64,000 nt of DNA from Armatimonadota bacterium. GTDB taxonomy: Bacteria; Cloacimonadota; Cloacimonadia; Cloacimonadales; TCS61. Shown here piece after piece: positions 17,065-25,403 of the stretch (the stretch's first letter is position 1; each line of letters begins with the position of its first letter). The DNA lies in NCBI GenBank assembly GCA_013203665.1, contig JABMPU010000203.1, forward strand, positions 988-64,987. Reading direction: 5' to 3'. The notes beneath the pieces were generated by a model that was not told where the DNA came from, ran no database searches, and worked only from the letters and a program-made list of their open reading frames with translations. Position numbers and translations under genes: made by a program.

Positions 17065-17822
17065 ATGCTGCCAAATAAAATCGATGCTACAATAAAATCC
17101 ATAATCAAAATCAAAATGGATGAATAGACGACTGTTAAAGTCGATACTTTTCCCACACCTTCGGCACCACCTTGAGCTCTACTGCCTGCGAAACATCCAA
17201 CAGAAGTGATTATCAATCCAAAAAAGAAAGCTTTTACAAGTCCTCCCCATAAATCGGAAGGTAAGAAATAGTTCCTCATATTTGTGAAGAAACTAAAGGC
17301 ATTGACATTATATTTTGAAACTGAAAGAAAATATGCTGAAAAAATTCCCACAAAATTGGCATAAATTGTTAAAAGCGGAACCATCAAACAACCGGAAGCT
17401 ACCCGCGGCATATAGATATAATCTGCAGGATTGATAGCTAATACTTCCAAGGCATCCAATTGCTCGCTCACTTTCATTGTGCCGATCTCAGCAGCAATGG
17501 AAGCTCCCACTTTTCCAGCTAAAACCAGTCCGGTAAGAACCGGAGCCAATTCTATCATTGTAGATTTTCCCACCAAAACACCAATAAAACTTTTGGGAAT
17601 ATATCCGCTTGTTTGATAGGAAGCTTGAACTGCAGTAACCAAGCCTGTAAATGCTGAGGTGATGGTAATCAAAGGAAGCGAATCAAATCCGATCCTTTTC
17701 ATTTGTTTTACTATTTCAGGCATTCGCTTTTTAAATTTCGTCAGGTTTGTAAAAACAAAAGAGTTAAAAATTAAAAATTCACCAAGCAGAGATAAAATCG
17801 AAACTATCTTCTTTTTAAACAT
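17061..17822 (-). CDS. mlaE: MlaE-family ABC transporter permease
   Basis: 'GKVGASIAAEIGTMKVSEQLDALEVLAINPADYIYMPRVAS' is the MlaE/YrbE signature region. Confidence 0.85.
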   Translation of the reverse strand: MFKKKIVSILSLLGEFLIFNSFVFTNLTKFKKRMPEIVKQMKRIGFDSLPLITITSAFTGLVTAVQASYQTSGYIPKSFIGVLVGKSTMIELAPVLTGLVLAGKVGASIAAEIGTMKVSEQLDALEVLAINPADYIYMPRVASGCLMVPLLTIYANFVGIFSAYFLSVSKYNVNAFSFFTNMRNYFLPSDLWGGLVKAFFFGLIITSVGCFAGSRAQGGAEGVGKVSTLTVVYSSILILIMDFIVASILFGSI

Positions 17823-19149
17823 GACTTAAAGAACGGAAAGCAGTTAATTCTTCGATAAAAACAAGATTGATTTTACCGGTTGCTCCATGACGGTTTTTCC
17901 CAACTATGATTTCAGCAATTCCTTTATCTTCAGTCTTCTCATTATACATTTCATCTCGATAAATAAACAAAACAAGGTCAGCATCCTGTTCAATTGCCCC
18001 GGATTCTCGTAAATCCGCTAATTTTGGTCTTTTATCATCCCTACTTTCCAACCCGCGATTTAGCTGAGATAAGGCAACCATTGGAATACTCAATTCTTTT
18101 GCCAGCACTTTAAGATTTCTGGAAATCTCTGCGATTTCCTGCTGGCGGCTATCCGATCTCCTTTTAGTTGTCATCAACTGCATATAATCGATGATGATAA
18201 GATCAAGTCCCTTCAATTCAGCTTTCAGCCTGCGGGTTTTAGCTCTGATATCCAGAATTGTATTCATACCGCTATCATCTATGTAAATTGATTTCTCGGA
18301 AAGTGCTTCAGCCACTTGAGCGATTCGCATGATTTTTTTTTCGTTCATGCCGTAACCTTTGAGCATATTATCCATACTCACTTCGGAAGCTGAACTCATC
18401 ATCCTCATAAGACATTCTTCATTTTCCATTTCCATGGTGAAAATACCAACTTTACGGTCGTGGTACATTGCTACATTAAAGGCAATGTTCAAAGCAAGTG
18501 AGGTTTTTCCCATTCCCGGTCTGGCAGCAATAACAATAAGCTGCCCAGGTCTGAAACCACCGATTTTCCTATCTAGGTCTTCAAATCCAGTGGGAACACC
18601 TAACACACTTCTCTTTGTAGCTGCTATTTCTTCGATATTTTTCAATGTACCCGGAATAATATCGTTAATACTGACAAAAGTTTTTTTACCGGGTCTTTCA
18701 GCAATTCTGAAAATTGATTGTTCAGCTCCATCAACAATATCTTCGACAGGTTGATCTGCTTTGTAACACTCTTCGATAATACCATTTGAAGCTGTAATAA
18801 GCTGCCTTAGAAGTGCTTGTTCAAGAACGATTTTTGCATGAAACTCAATATTCGCACCACTTAAAACCATATCTGATAACTCGTTAATAAATGTTTCCCC
18901 ACCCACTTTTTCTAGTAGTTTATTTTGTTTGAGTCTGTCGATCAAAGTAATAATATCAATCTCGATATTTTCCTCGAACAATTCTTTGATGTTTTTAAAA
19001 ATATTTTTATGAGCGGTTCTATAAAAATGTTCATCATCGAGCATTTCAATAGCTCTGGCTACAGCATAATTATCAATCATCATTGCTGAAAGTACAGCAG
19101 CTTCGGCATTAATATCGTTTGGTAATTGTCTTACAATTTTCTTTACCAT
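17815..19149 (-). CDS. dnaB: Replicative DNA helicase DnaB
   Basis: 'EAAVLSAMMID', Walker A 'ARPGMGKTSLALN', 'IIDYMQLM' and 'ALSQLNRGLESR'. Confidence 0.95.
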   Translation of the reverse strand: MVKKIVRQLPNDINAEAAVLSAMMIDNYAVARAIEMLDDEHFYRTAHKNIFKNIKELFEENIEIDIITLIDRLKQNKLLEKVGGETFINELSDMVLSGANIEFHAKIVLEQALLRQLITASNGIIEECYKADQPVEDIVDGAEQSIFRIAERPGKKTFVSINDIIPGTLKNIEEIAATKRSVLGVPTGFEDLDRKIGGFRPGQLIVIAARPGMGKTSLALNIAFNVAMYHDRKVGIFTMEMENEECLMRMMSSASEVSMDNMLKGYGMNEKKIMRIAQVAEALSEKSIYIDDSGMNTILDIRAKTRRLKAELKGLDLIIIDYMQLMTTKRRSDSRQQEIAEISRNLKVLAKELSIPMVALSQLNRGLESRDDKRPKLADLRESGAIEQDADLVLFIYRDEMYNEKTEDKGIAEIIVGKNRHGATGKINLVFIEELTAFRSLSHV

Positions 19150-19214
19150 TTTACATCCTAAAAATAAAATTTAATCTATGATAAATAAGATTATTTGCAA
19201 AAAGAACAGAGAAA

Positions 19215-19868
19215 TTAATCCAGTTTTTGATAATCTTTTTGTAATTTCTGCAAATCAATCCAGGCAGGTCTTTTCCATCCTTGATTTCTTAACAAAGCAG
19301 AAGGATGATAAGTTACATAAGTTTTGATGCCCATGAATGAATATGTATTTTCCCGAAATTTTGTCAAACTCAAATTCCGGTTTAATAAAGTTGATGCCGC
19401 TACTTTTCCCAGAAGAAGTAATAATTTCGGTTGGATAATTGATATCTGCTCCTCGAGATAAGGCAAACAAGCATTGATTTCATTTGGAAGAGGATTCCTA
19501 TTGTTAGGAGGTCTGCACTTGACAATGTTAGTAATATAAACTTCATCTCTTTCAAGATGAATAGCCTTTAACATTTTTGTGAGAAGTTGACCGGCTCTTC
19601 CCACAAAAACTCGTCCGGTTGCATCTTCATCTGCTCCGGGTCCTTCTCCAATCAGCATAAGTTTTGCTTTAGGATTTCCATTCCCATAACAGAAATTTTC
19701 TCGCCCTTCTTCAAGCGGACACTTTTTGCAATCCTGATAATTTTTTTCTAATTCATCCAGTTTTTGAGAGGAGAAAATCCTGTCTGGTTGTGGTTTCAAA
19801 TAAATATCTTCAATCCCAGATAATTGTAAGTATTCAAGATATTGTTGAATGGATTTCATTAATTTCAA
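19215..19868 (-). CDS. Uracil-DNA glycosylase, family 4
   Basis: 'CKKCPL', 'LIGEGPGADEDATGRVFVGRAGQLL' and 'HPSALLRN'. Confidence 0.85.
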   Translation of the reverse strand: MKLMKSIQQYLEYLQLSGIEDIYLKPQPDRIFSSQKLDELEKNYQDCKKCPLEEGRENFCYGNGNPKAKLMLIGEGPGADEDATGRVFVGRAGQLLTKMLKAIHLERDEVYITNIVKCRPPNNRNPLPNEINACLPYLEEQISIIQPKLLLLLGKVAASTLLNRNLSLTKFRENTYSFMGIKTYVTYHPSALLRNQGWKRPAWIDLQKLQKDYQKLD

Positions 19869-19962
19869 CTTCCGTTTTTAATAATAATAGAATTTAAAAA
19901 AAACAATGACTACAAAACTTTTAAATTATTGTATTAAACACTCAGTTTTGCAAACAATTACG

Positions 19963-19990
19963 TTCCCATCCGGTAGCTGCCGGATGGGAA
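19963..19990. repeat. Perfect 11-bp hairpin (TTCCCATCCGG/CCGGATGGGAA)
   Basis: Arms at 19963-19973 and 19980-19990 with a 6-nt loop. It lies downstream of the minus-strand rpoZ-like gene and has no U-tract. Confidence 0.5.
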
Positions 19991-20024
19991 AGAGATCGAT
20001 GTATTCATTAGAAAGAGATGAAAA

Positions 20025-20261
20025 TTAGCCTGATACCTCTTCATCAGTATCTTCTTCCATCATAATGTAATCCGGAATCTTATTTTGAATTACATTATTC
20101 AGAGCAACTTCTGTAATTTTTTTTCCAAGACTCTTTTTAGTAGTAAAAGGTAAATTACTCAATCTTTCCACTTCCAAATTTGACAAAATCATGAACAAAT
20201 ATGTCATATTTTTGTTTTCAAGGAATTTTTCGATTTTATTATTTAACAAGCTCTCCTCCAT
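20025..20261 (-). CDS. rpoZ: Possible RNA polymerase omega subunit (divergent)
   Basis: 78 aa, sitting directly after gmk in the conserved gmk-rpoZ position. Weak pattern similarity ('...ITEVALNNVIQNKI' versus the RpoZ '...AL.EI..G.I') and an acidic tail. Confidence 0.4.
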   Translation of the reverse strand: MEESLLNNKIEKFLENKNMTYLFMILSNLEVERLSNLPFTTKKSLGKKITEVALNNVIQNKIPDYIMMEEDTDEEVSG

Positions 20262-20868
20262 AAAAAGTCTGTTTTATATTTTCATATCTGCAAATTCTTT
20301 TTTCTTCTATTTTTATGATATTAATCACTTCATCAACTGCATCATTCAAATCATCATTTATTGCCAAATAATCGAAATTATTTACTTCATCAATTTCTTT
20401 GATTCCGTCTTGTAGCCTTTCTTCAATCTTCTCTTTAGAATCAGTTCCTCTTTTGAAGAGACGTTCTTTTAAGATCGCGGCTGAAGGCGGTAAAATAAAT
20501 ATCGTAACTGCGTCAATACCACTTGCAATAATTTGTTTAGCTCCCTGAACATCGATATCTAAGATGGCATGTTTTTGGGAAGATAGGATTTTCTTAATAA
20601 CACTTTTTGAAGTTCCATAAAATTTTCCATGAACTAAGGCATATTCCAGGAAATCTCCATCAGAGATTCTTTTCTGAAATTCTTCTTCTGAGGTAAAGAA
20701 ATAGGCTTTACCGTTTATTTCATTTCCGCGTGGTTTTCTGGTTGTTATTGATATCGAATATTCGATATTATCACACTTTTTCAATACCTGTTTGGTAATA
20801 ACAGATTTTCCTCCGGCAGAAGGTGAAATTAAAATTATTAAAAAATTATTGCTCTGGAATAAACTCAT
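20239..20868 (-). CDS. gmk: Guanylate kinase
   Basis: 'ISPSAGGKSV', 'TTRKPRGNEINGKAYFF', 'LEYALVHGKFYGT' and 'ILDIDVQGA'. Confidence 0.9.
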   Translation of the reverse strand: MSLFQSNNFLIILISPSAGGKSVITKQVLKKCDNIEYSISITTRKPRGNEINGKAYFFTSEEEFQKRISDGDFLEYALVHGKFYGTSKSVIKKILSSQKHAILDIDVQGAKQIIASGIDAVTIFILPPSAAILKERLFKRGTDSKEKIEERLQDGIKEIDEVNNFDYLAINDDLNDAVDEVINIIKIEEKRICRYENIKQTFYGGELVK

Positions 20869-21260
20869 TATTCTCCGATTAATGCTGCATAAGATTTTGC
20901 ATCTAAAAGTTTTTCCAACTCACTCTTATCAGAAAGTTTAATTTTAATAATCCAACCATCTTCAAAAGGAGATTGGTTAGCAAGTTCAGGATTATCTTCT
21001 AGAGCTTCATTGATTTCGATTACTTCTCCACTAACTGGAGCAAAGATATCTTCAACAGCTTTTACAGCTTCAACGGAGCCAAAAGTTTCTCCAGCAGTTA
21101 CTTCGTCTCCAATTTCCGGAAATTCAAAATATACGATGTCACCCAATTCATGTTGAGCATAATCAGTAATGCCAAAATATGCCATCTCACCTTCTACTTT
21201 TACCCATTCATGATTTTCTGTGTATAAGAGATTTTCTAAAACCATTTTTCCCTCCAGCAA
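20868..21260 (-). CDS. gcvH: Glycine cleavage system protein H
   Basis: 'YTENHEWVK' and the lipoyl-lysine region 'GSVEAVKAVEDIFAPVSGEV'. The start may be the internal ATG at 21245. Confidence 0.9.
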   Translation of the reverse strand: MLEGKMVLENLLYTENHEWVKVEGEMAYFGITDYAQHELGDIVYFEFPEIGDEVTAGETFGSVEAVKAVEDIFAPVSGEVIEINEALEDNPELANQSPFEDGWIIKIKLSDKSELEKLLDAKSYAALIGE

Positions 21261-21410
21261 TTTGTTATATTTTGTGTAAAAAATTAATGACTTTTTTTCA
21301 TGTCAATAAGAATTTATCATTCAAAGTTATTAAAGCTTATTATTCTTAGATTATATCTAAATATAAGAAAAGGATAATTTTTGTATAAAACACTTGACTT
21401 ATCTCAGTAG

Positions 21411-21460
21411 TTTCTCAAATTAGACCCGAATATTCTCATTATTTCTCAAATTTTCTCAAA
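21411..21460 (+). promoter_or_regulatory. Phased TTTCTCAAA direct repeats upstream of mraZ (candidate MraZ operator)
   Basis: TTTCTCAAA at 21411-21419, 21442-21450 and 21452-21460; variant TATTCTCAT at 21431-21439. TTGACT at 21394-21399 and the mraZ ATG at 21479. Confidence 0.4.
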
Positions 21461-21478
21461 CCAAATCTGGGAGTTGAA

Positions 21479-21922
21479 ATGTCAGGTGAGTTTTTAGGAA
21501 CATATACAAATTCTGTCAATAAACAAAAATGGATCATAATTCCGGCAGCTTTCAAGAAAAAATTCAATCCCATGGCGAAACAAACAGTAATAATAACAAT
21601 TGGACCGGAAGAGAATATTGCGATTTTCCCATTGGACAACTGGAAAGAAAAAATCGAAGGGTTGAAGTCCGGTTCAGACAAAGATATTCAGTTAATGGTA
21701 GCTTTGCGAACTTTTGCTATGTCGGAACAAAAGGTTGAATCTTCCGGTAGGATAAAAATCGGAAATGAATTGCTGGAAATCGCCAGGATAAATGAAAAAG
21801 TCACCATCAAAGGTGAAGGGAATTTCATCTCAGTTTGGAATCCGGAAAAGTACTTGGAATTTCGCAAACAAGAACTTGATGAACACAAAAAAACTTTCAA
21901 TTCTTTGGATTATCAAAAATGA
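21479..21922 (+). CDS. mraZ: Transcriptional regulator MraZ
   Basis: 147 aa, first gene of the dcw cluster, with two SpoVT/AbrB-like halves ('WIIIPAAFKKKF', 'GRIKIGNELLEIA'). Confidence 0.9.
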   Translation: MSGEFLGTYTNSVNKQKWIIIPAAFKKKFNPMAKQTVIITIGPEENIAIFPLDNWKEKIEGLKSGSDKDIQLMVALRTFAMSEQKVESSGRIKIGNELLEIARINEKVTIKGEGNFISVWNPEKYLEFRKQELDEHKKTFNSLDYQK

Positions 21923-22854
21923 AAAATTACCACGTTCCGGTTATGCTGAATGAATCCGTATCGGCGTTAAAAATCCATGATGATGGAATTTATGTAGATG
22001 CAACCTTGGGCGGTGGTGGTCATACAAAAGCAATTTTAGATTCAAACAAAAACATCAAAGTTTTCGCTTTTGATCAGGATGAAGACGCAATCTATGAAGC
22101 GAGAAACTATTTAAAAGATTACTCAAATAAGTTAACAATAATCAAAGATAATTTTGCGAATTTACGAACTCGATTATCCTTAGAAAGAATAAAGAAAATT
22201 GATGGAATTCTATTTGACCTGGGTGTTTCATCCCACCAGATTTCAAAGCCGGAACGAGGATTCAGCTTTTCCCTGGATGGCAAACTTGATATGAGAATGG
22301 ATAAATCTCAAAAGCTCTCAGCTTATGATATTATAAATAATTTTTCTTATGAAGAACTAAAAAATCTTTTCTTTGAATTTGGTGAAGAACGGGAATCTTC
22401 CAAAATTGCCAAAACAATAGTATCCAATAGGATGAAAAAGAAAATATCAACAACTTTGGAACTTTCCGAGATCATTGAAAATAGTATTTTCTCCAGACAT
22501 AAATTGAAAGCCAAAGCACGAATTTTTCAGGCGATCAGAATTTATCTAAATGAAGAAATCGAAGTTTTGAAAACAGCATTGAAAGATGCTGTAGATATTT
22601 TAAATTTTGAAGGTAGGATTGTTGTGATATCCTATCATAGTATTGAAGATAGAGCAGTTAAAAAATTCTTTCAATACCAGGCAAAGTCATGCATTTGTCC
22701 TCCTAATTTTCCTAAATGTGTGTGTGAAAAAGTTTCCACACTCACAATTATAAATAAAAAGCCGATCCTACCTTCAAATGATGAAATTTTAAAAAATAGT
22801 AAAGCCAGAAGTGCTAAACTTCGAATTGCAGAAAAAAGGAGATCCGATGAGTAA
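21919..22854 (+). CDS. rsmH: 16S rRNA (cytosine1402-N4)-methyltransferase RsmH
   Basis: 'HVPVMLNESV', 'DATLGGGGHT', 'GILFDLGVSSHQ' and 'ISYHSIEDR'. Confidence 0.95.
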   Translation: MKNYHVPVMLNESVSALKIHDDGIYVDATLGGGGHTKAILDSNKNIKVFAFDQDEDAIYEARNYLKDYSNKLTIIKDNFANLRTRLSLERIKKIDGILFDLGVSSHQISKPERGFSFSLDGKLDMRMDKSQKLSAYDIINNFSYEELKNLFFEFGEERESSKIAKTIVSNRMKKKISTTLELSEIIENSIFSRHKLKAKARIFQAIRIYLNEEIEVLKTALKDAVDILNFEGRIVVISYHSIEDRAVKKFFQYQAKSCICPPNFPKCVCEKVSTLTIINKKPILPSNDEILKNSKARSAKLRIAEKRRSDE

Positions 22855-23173
22855 AAAAATATTTTTTTTGATTTTTTTAGTTTTCTGTATCATTTTCTTC
22901 CATTATCAGAATAAACACACAATCTTAAAACATGCCCGTTCTAATGAACGATTGCTGGCAGATTATAATTCTCAAAAAAGTATAAATGCCATTCTGACAG
23001 CAGAAAATAATAAATTGGGTTCAAGAGCGGTAATTCAAAGATTGTCTTTTGAAAAACTCGGAATGTTCTATCCGGAAAATCCAAACAATATTTTCACAAT
23101 TACAATGAACAAAAAAAACACATTTTATTTAATAGATTATATCACACCAAGAGCAGAGGCTTTAACAAATTGA
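22847..23173 (+). CDS. ftsL: Cell division protein FtsL-like
   Basis: Single TM 'IFFLIFLVFCIIFF', then 'RAVIQRLSFEKLGMFYP'. It sits between rsmH and ftsI. I chose ATG 22847 over the 22811 track start. Confidence 0.55.
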   Translation: MSKKIFFLIFLVFCIIFFHYQNKHTILKHARSNERLLADYNSQKSINAILTAENNKLGSRAVIQRLSFEKLGMFYPENPNNIFTITMNKKNTFYLIDYITPRAEALTN

Positions 23174-23228
23174 ATTGGAATAGAAATTTTTCCAAATTCG
23201 ATTTTAAAATGTTTTATGAAAGATAAGT

Positions 23229-25403
23229 ATGAAATTCAGATTTATAATTTTCATGATTTTAAGCATTATTTTTATTTTTATCTGGATTTCGTATTTATTT
23301 ACTATTCAAATCTTAGATCCACACAATTTTAAAAACACTATTGAGCTTCGCAGAAATCCATCAAAGCAAATAATCGTTTCTGAACGCGGTAGCATTTTTG
23401 ATAGAAACCAGGAACTTTTAGTTGGTTCAACCAGGTTGTATCAGATCGATTTGGACAGAAATGCAATAATCAAATATTGTAAAAGAAACAAAAATAAACA
23501 AACTTCGGATGTGTATCAAAAAACTTCCAAAATAATTGCTGAGCATACAACTCTATCACAAAATTCTATTCTACAAAAACTTAATAAAAATTCTACTTCC
23601 GGAAGCATTTATATTTCAGGTGACATTTCTGAAACTCAATTGACCAAAATCAAATCTGATTTGAAGAAAGAAAAAATTCCCGGATTAGTAGAAAATTTTT
23701 GTGAAATCAAGAGAACTTATCCCAAAAACCAGTTAGCTGCCAGATTGCTCGGAATGATTCAAAAAAAAGAAGAAAAAGATAATCAAAATTCTATTTTCGA
23801 TTTGGAAGGTATTTGCGGTTTGGAAGCAACATTTGATGATGAACTTTCCGGTAAATTCGGTTGGCAGGAAATTATCAACGATGCAAATAATAAACGAATT
23901 CCTCTTTTATATTTAAAAAAAAGAGAAGTTGAAAATGGTAATTCTCTAATTCTGACATTAGATAGTGATTTTCAGGAAATCTTAGAGGAAAATCTTAAAA
24001 CCGGTTTGGATAAATATAAAGCTAAAAACGCTATTGGAATTATCATGGTTCCAAAAACCGGTGAGATAATTGCCATGACTGGAATTGCTGAAGATGATTC
24101 TGACAAAGATGATTCTCATTTACGTGCTTTATCAAATTTTCCGGTTTCATTTATGTTTGAACCTGGTTCTACTCTCAAGCCTATCACAGCGCTACTTGCA
24201 ATCGAAAATAATATTTATACTTCTAACGATGAAATCGATTGCAGGGAATATCATATAGAAGGTGAAGATAGAATAATCAAAGATTCTCATGAGCATGAAT
24301 CTTTGAGTTTTAAAGATATAATTGCTTATTCGAGCAATGTGGGAATCAGCAAAATCGTGGAACAGATTGGCAGTGAAGCTCTCTATGACCGAATGATCGA
24401 GCTGGGATTCGGCAGAAAAACCGGCTCAAATTTAGCTGGTGAATCATCTGGAATATTTCGGAAATTAAAAGATTGGCAAGGTTATTCTCTTCATTCAATA
24501 TCTTTTGGACAAGAAATTTCCGTAACTGCTCTGCAGCTTGCAAATGCATATTGTGCTTTGGCGAATGATGGTAAAATCATGCAGCCCTACATTATTAAAG
24601 AAATTCGTGATGAGAACGACGAAATTGTTAAAACTTTTCGTCCCAAATTATTACGTACTGTTTCCAATAAAAAATCTCTCGATACTTTAAAAATATTTTT
24701 GAAAAGTGTTGTAGATTATGGTTCTGCTACAGCAACGAAATTAGATTATTTAACCATTGCCGGAAAAACCGGTACAGGTGAAAAAATTCTTTATGGAGAA
24801 AAATCATATTCAGAGGAAAAATATACTTCTGTTTTTGCCGGATTCTTTCCTGTAGAAAATCCTAAATATGTTATCGTTGTAATTTTTGATGAACCTGAAT
24901 ATGAAAATTATTCTTATTATGCTTCGATATCTGCAGTTCCCACTTTCAGAAATATTGTTCAAAATATCATTAATCTTCCACAATGCGACCTCATTATCGA
25001 GCTTAAGGAAAAAGATAAAGAATTCGTTCAAATGCCTAACCTGATTGGACTGACAAAAGAAAAAGCTGTTGAAATCTTAAGAAAAAAAAATCTTTTTTAT
25101 AATCTTATTGAAAACGATAAAAACGGATTTGTGAAAAATCAATATCCCAAACCAAAAGTTTCTTTTGACAAAACCGAGGTAGTTATTGTTATTCTCGATA
25201 AAGAAAAACAGGAAAATCAAAATATTAAACTGGAGTTCAAAATGCCAAATTTAATTGGATTAACTTTGAGAGAAGCTTTAGCTGAAGCAAACAGGAAAAA
25301 AATAAAATTAGTGATCAATGGAAAAGGTATTATCAGTTCACAATCAATTTCAGAAGGTTCAAAAATCAGGTTTGGAGAAAAATGCATAATAACAGCAAAT
25401 TAA
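23229..25403 (+). CDS. ftsI: Penicillin-binding protein (FtsI/PBP2x-like transpeptidase) with two C-terminal PASTA domains
   Basis: 'FEPGSTLKP' (SxxK), 'SSN', 'KTGT', and two 'MPNLIGLT...' PASTA-like modules at the C-terminus. Confidence 0.9.
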   Translation: MKFRFIIFMILSIIFIFIWISYLFTIQILDPHNFKNTIELRRNPSKQIIVSERGSIFDRNQELLVGSTRLYQIDLDRNAIIKYCKRNKNKQTSDVYQKTSKIIAEHTTLSQNSILQKLNKNSTSGSIYISGDISETQLTKIKSDLKKEKIPGLVENFCEIKRTYPKNQLAARLLGMIQKKEEKDNQNSIFDLEGICGLEATFDDELSGKFGWQEIINDANNKRIPLLYLKKREVENGNSLILTLDSDFQEILEENLKTGLDKYKAKNAIGIIMVPKTGEIIAMTGIAEDDSDKDDSHLRALSNFPVSFMFEPGSTLKPITALLAIENNIYTSNDEIDCREYHIEGEDRIIKDSHEHESLSFKDIIAYSSNVGISKIVEQIGSEALYDRMIELGFGRKTGSNLAGESSGIFRKLKDWQGYSLHSISFGQEISVTALQLANAYCALANDGKIMQPYIIKEIRDENDEIVKTFRPKLLRTVSNKKSLDTLKIFLKSVVDYGSATATKLDYLTIAGKTGTGEKILYGEKSYSEEKYTSVFAGFFPVENPKYVIVVIFDEPEYENYSYYASISAVPTFRNIVQNIINLPQCDLIIELKEKDKEFVQMPNLIGLTKEKAVEILRKKNLFYNLIENDKNGFVKNQYPKPKVSFDKTEVVIVILDKEKQENQNIKLEFKMPNLIGLTLREALAEANRKKIKLVINGKGIISSQSISEGSKIRFGEKCIITAN

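Noticed and set aside
21439-21738. ORFs 21439-21681 (-) and 21529-21738 (+) overlapping mraZ
   Set aside because: They lie inside or antisense to a well-supported mraZ frame and have no recognisable motifs.
22811-22846. Longer ftsL-like start
   Set aside because: The extension overlaps rsmH by 44 nt. ATG 22847 begins directly with the K-rich/TM segment typical of FtsL.
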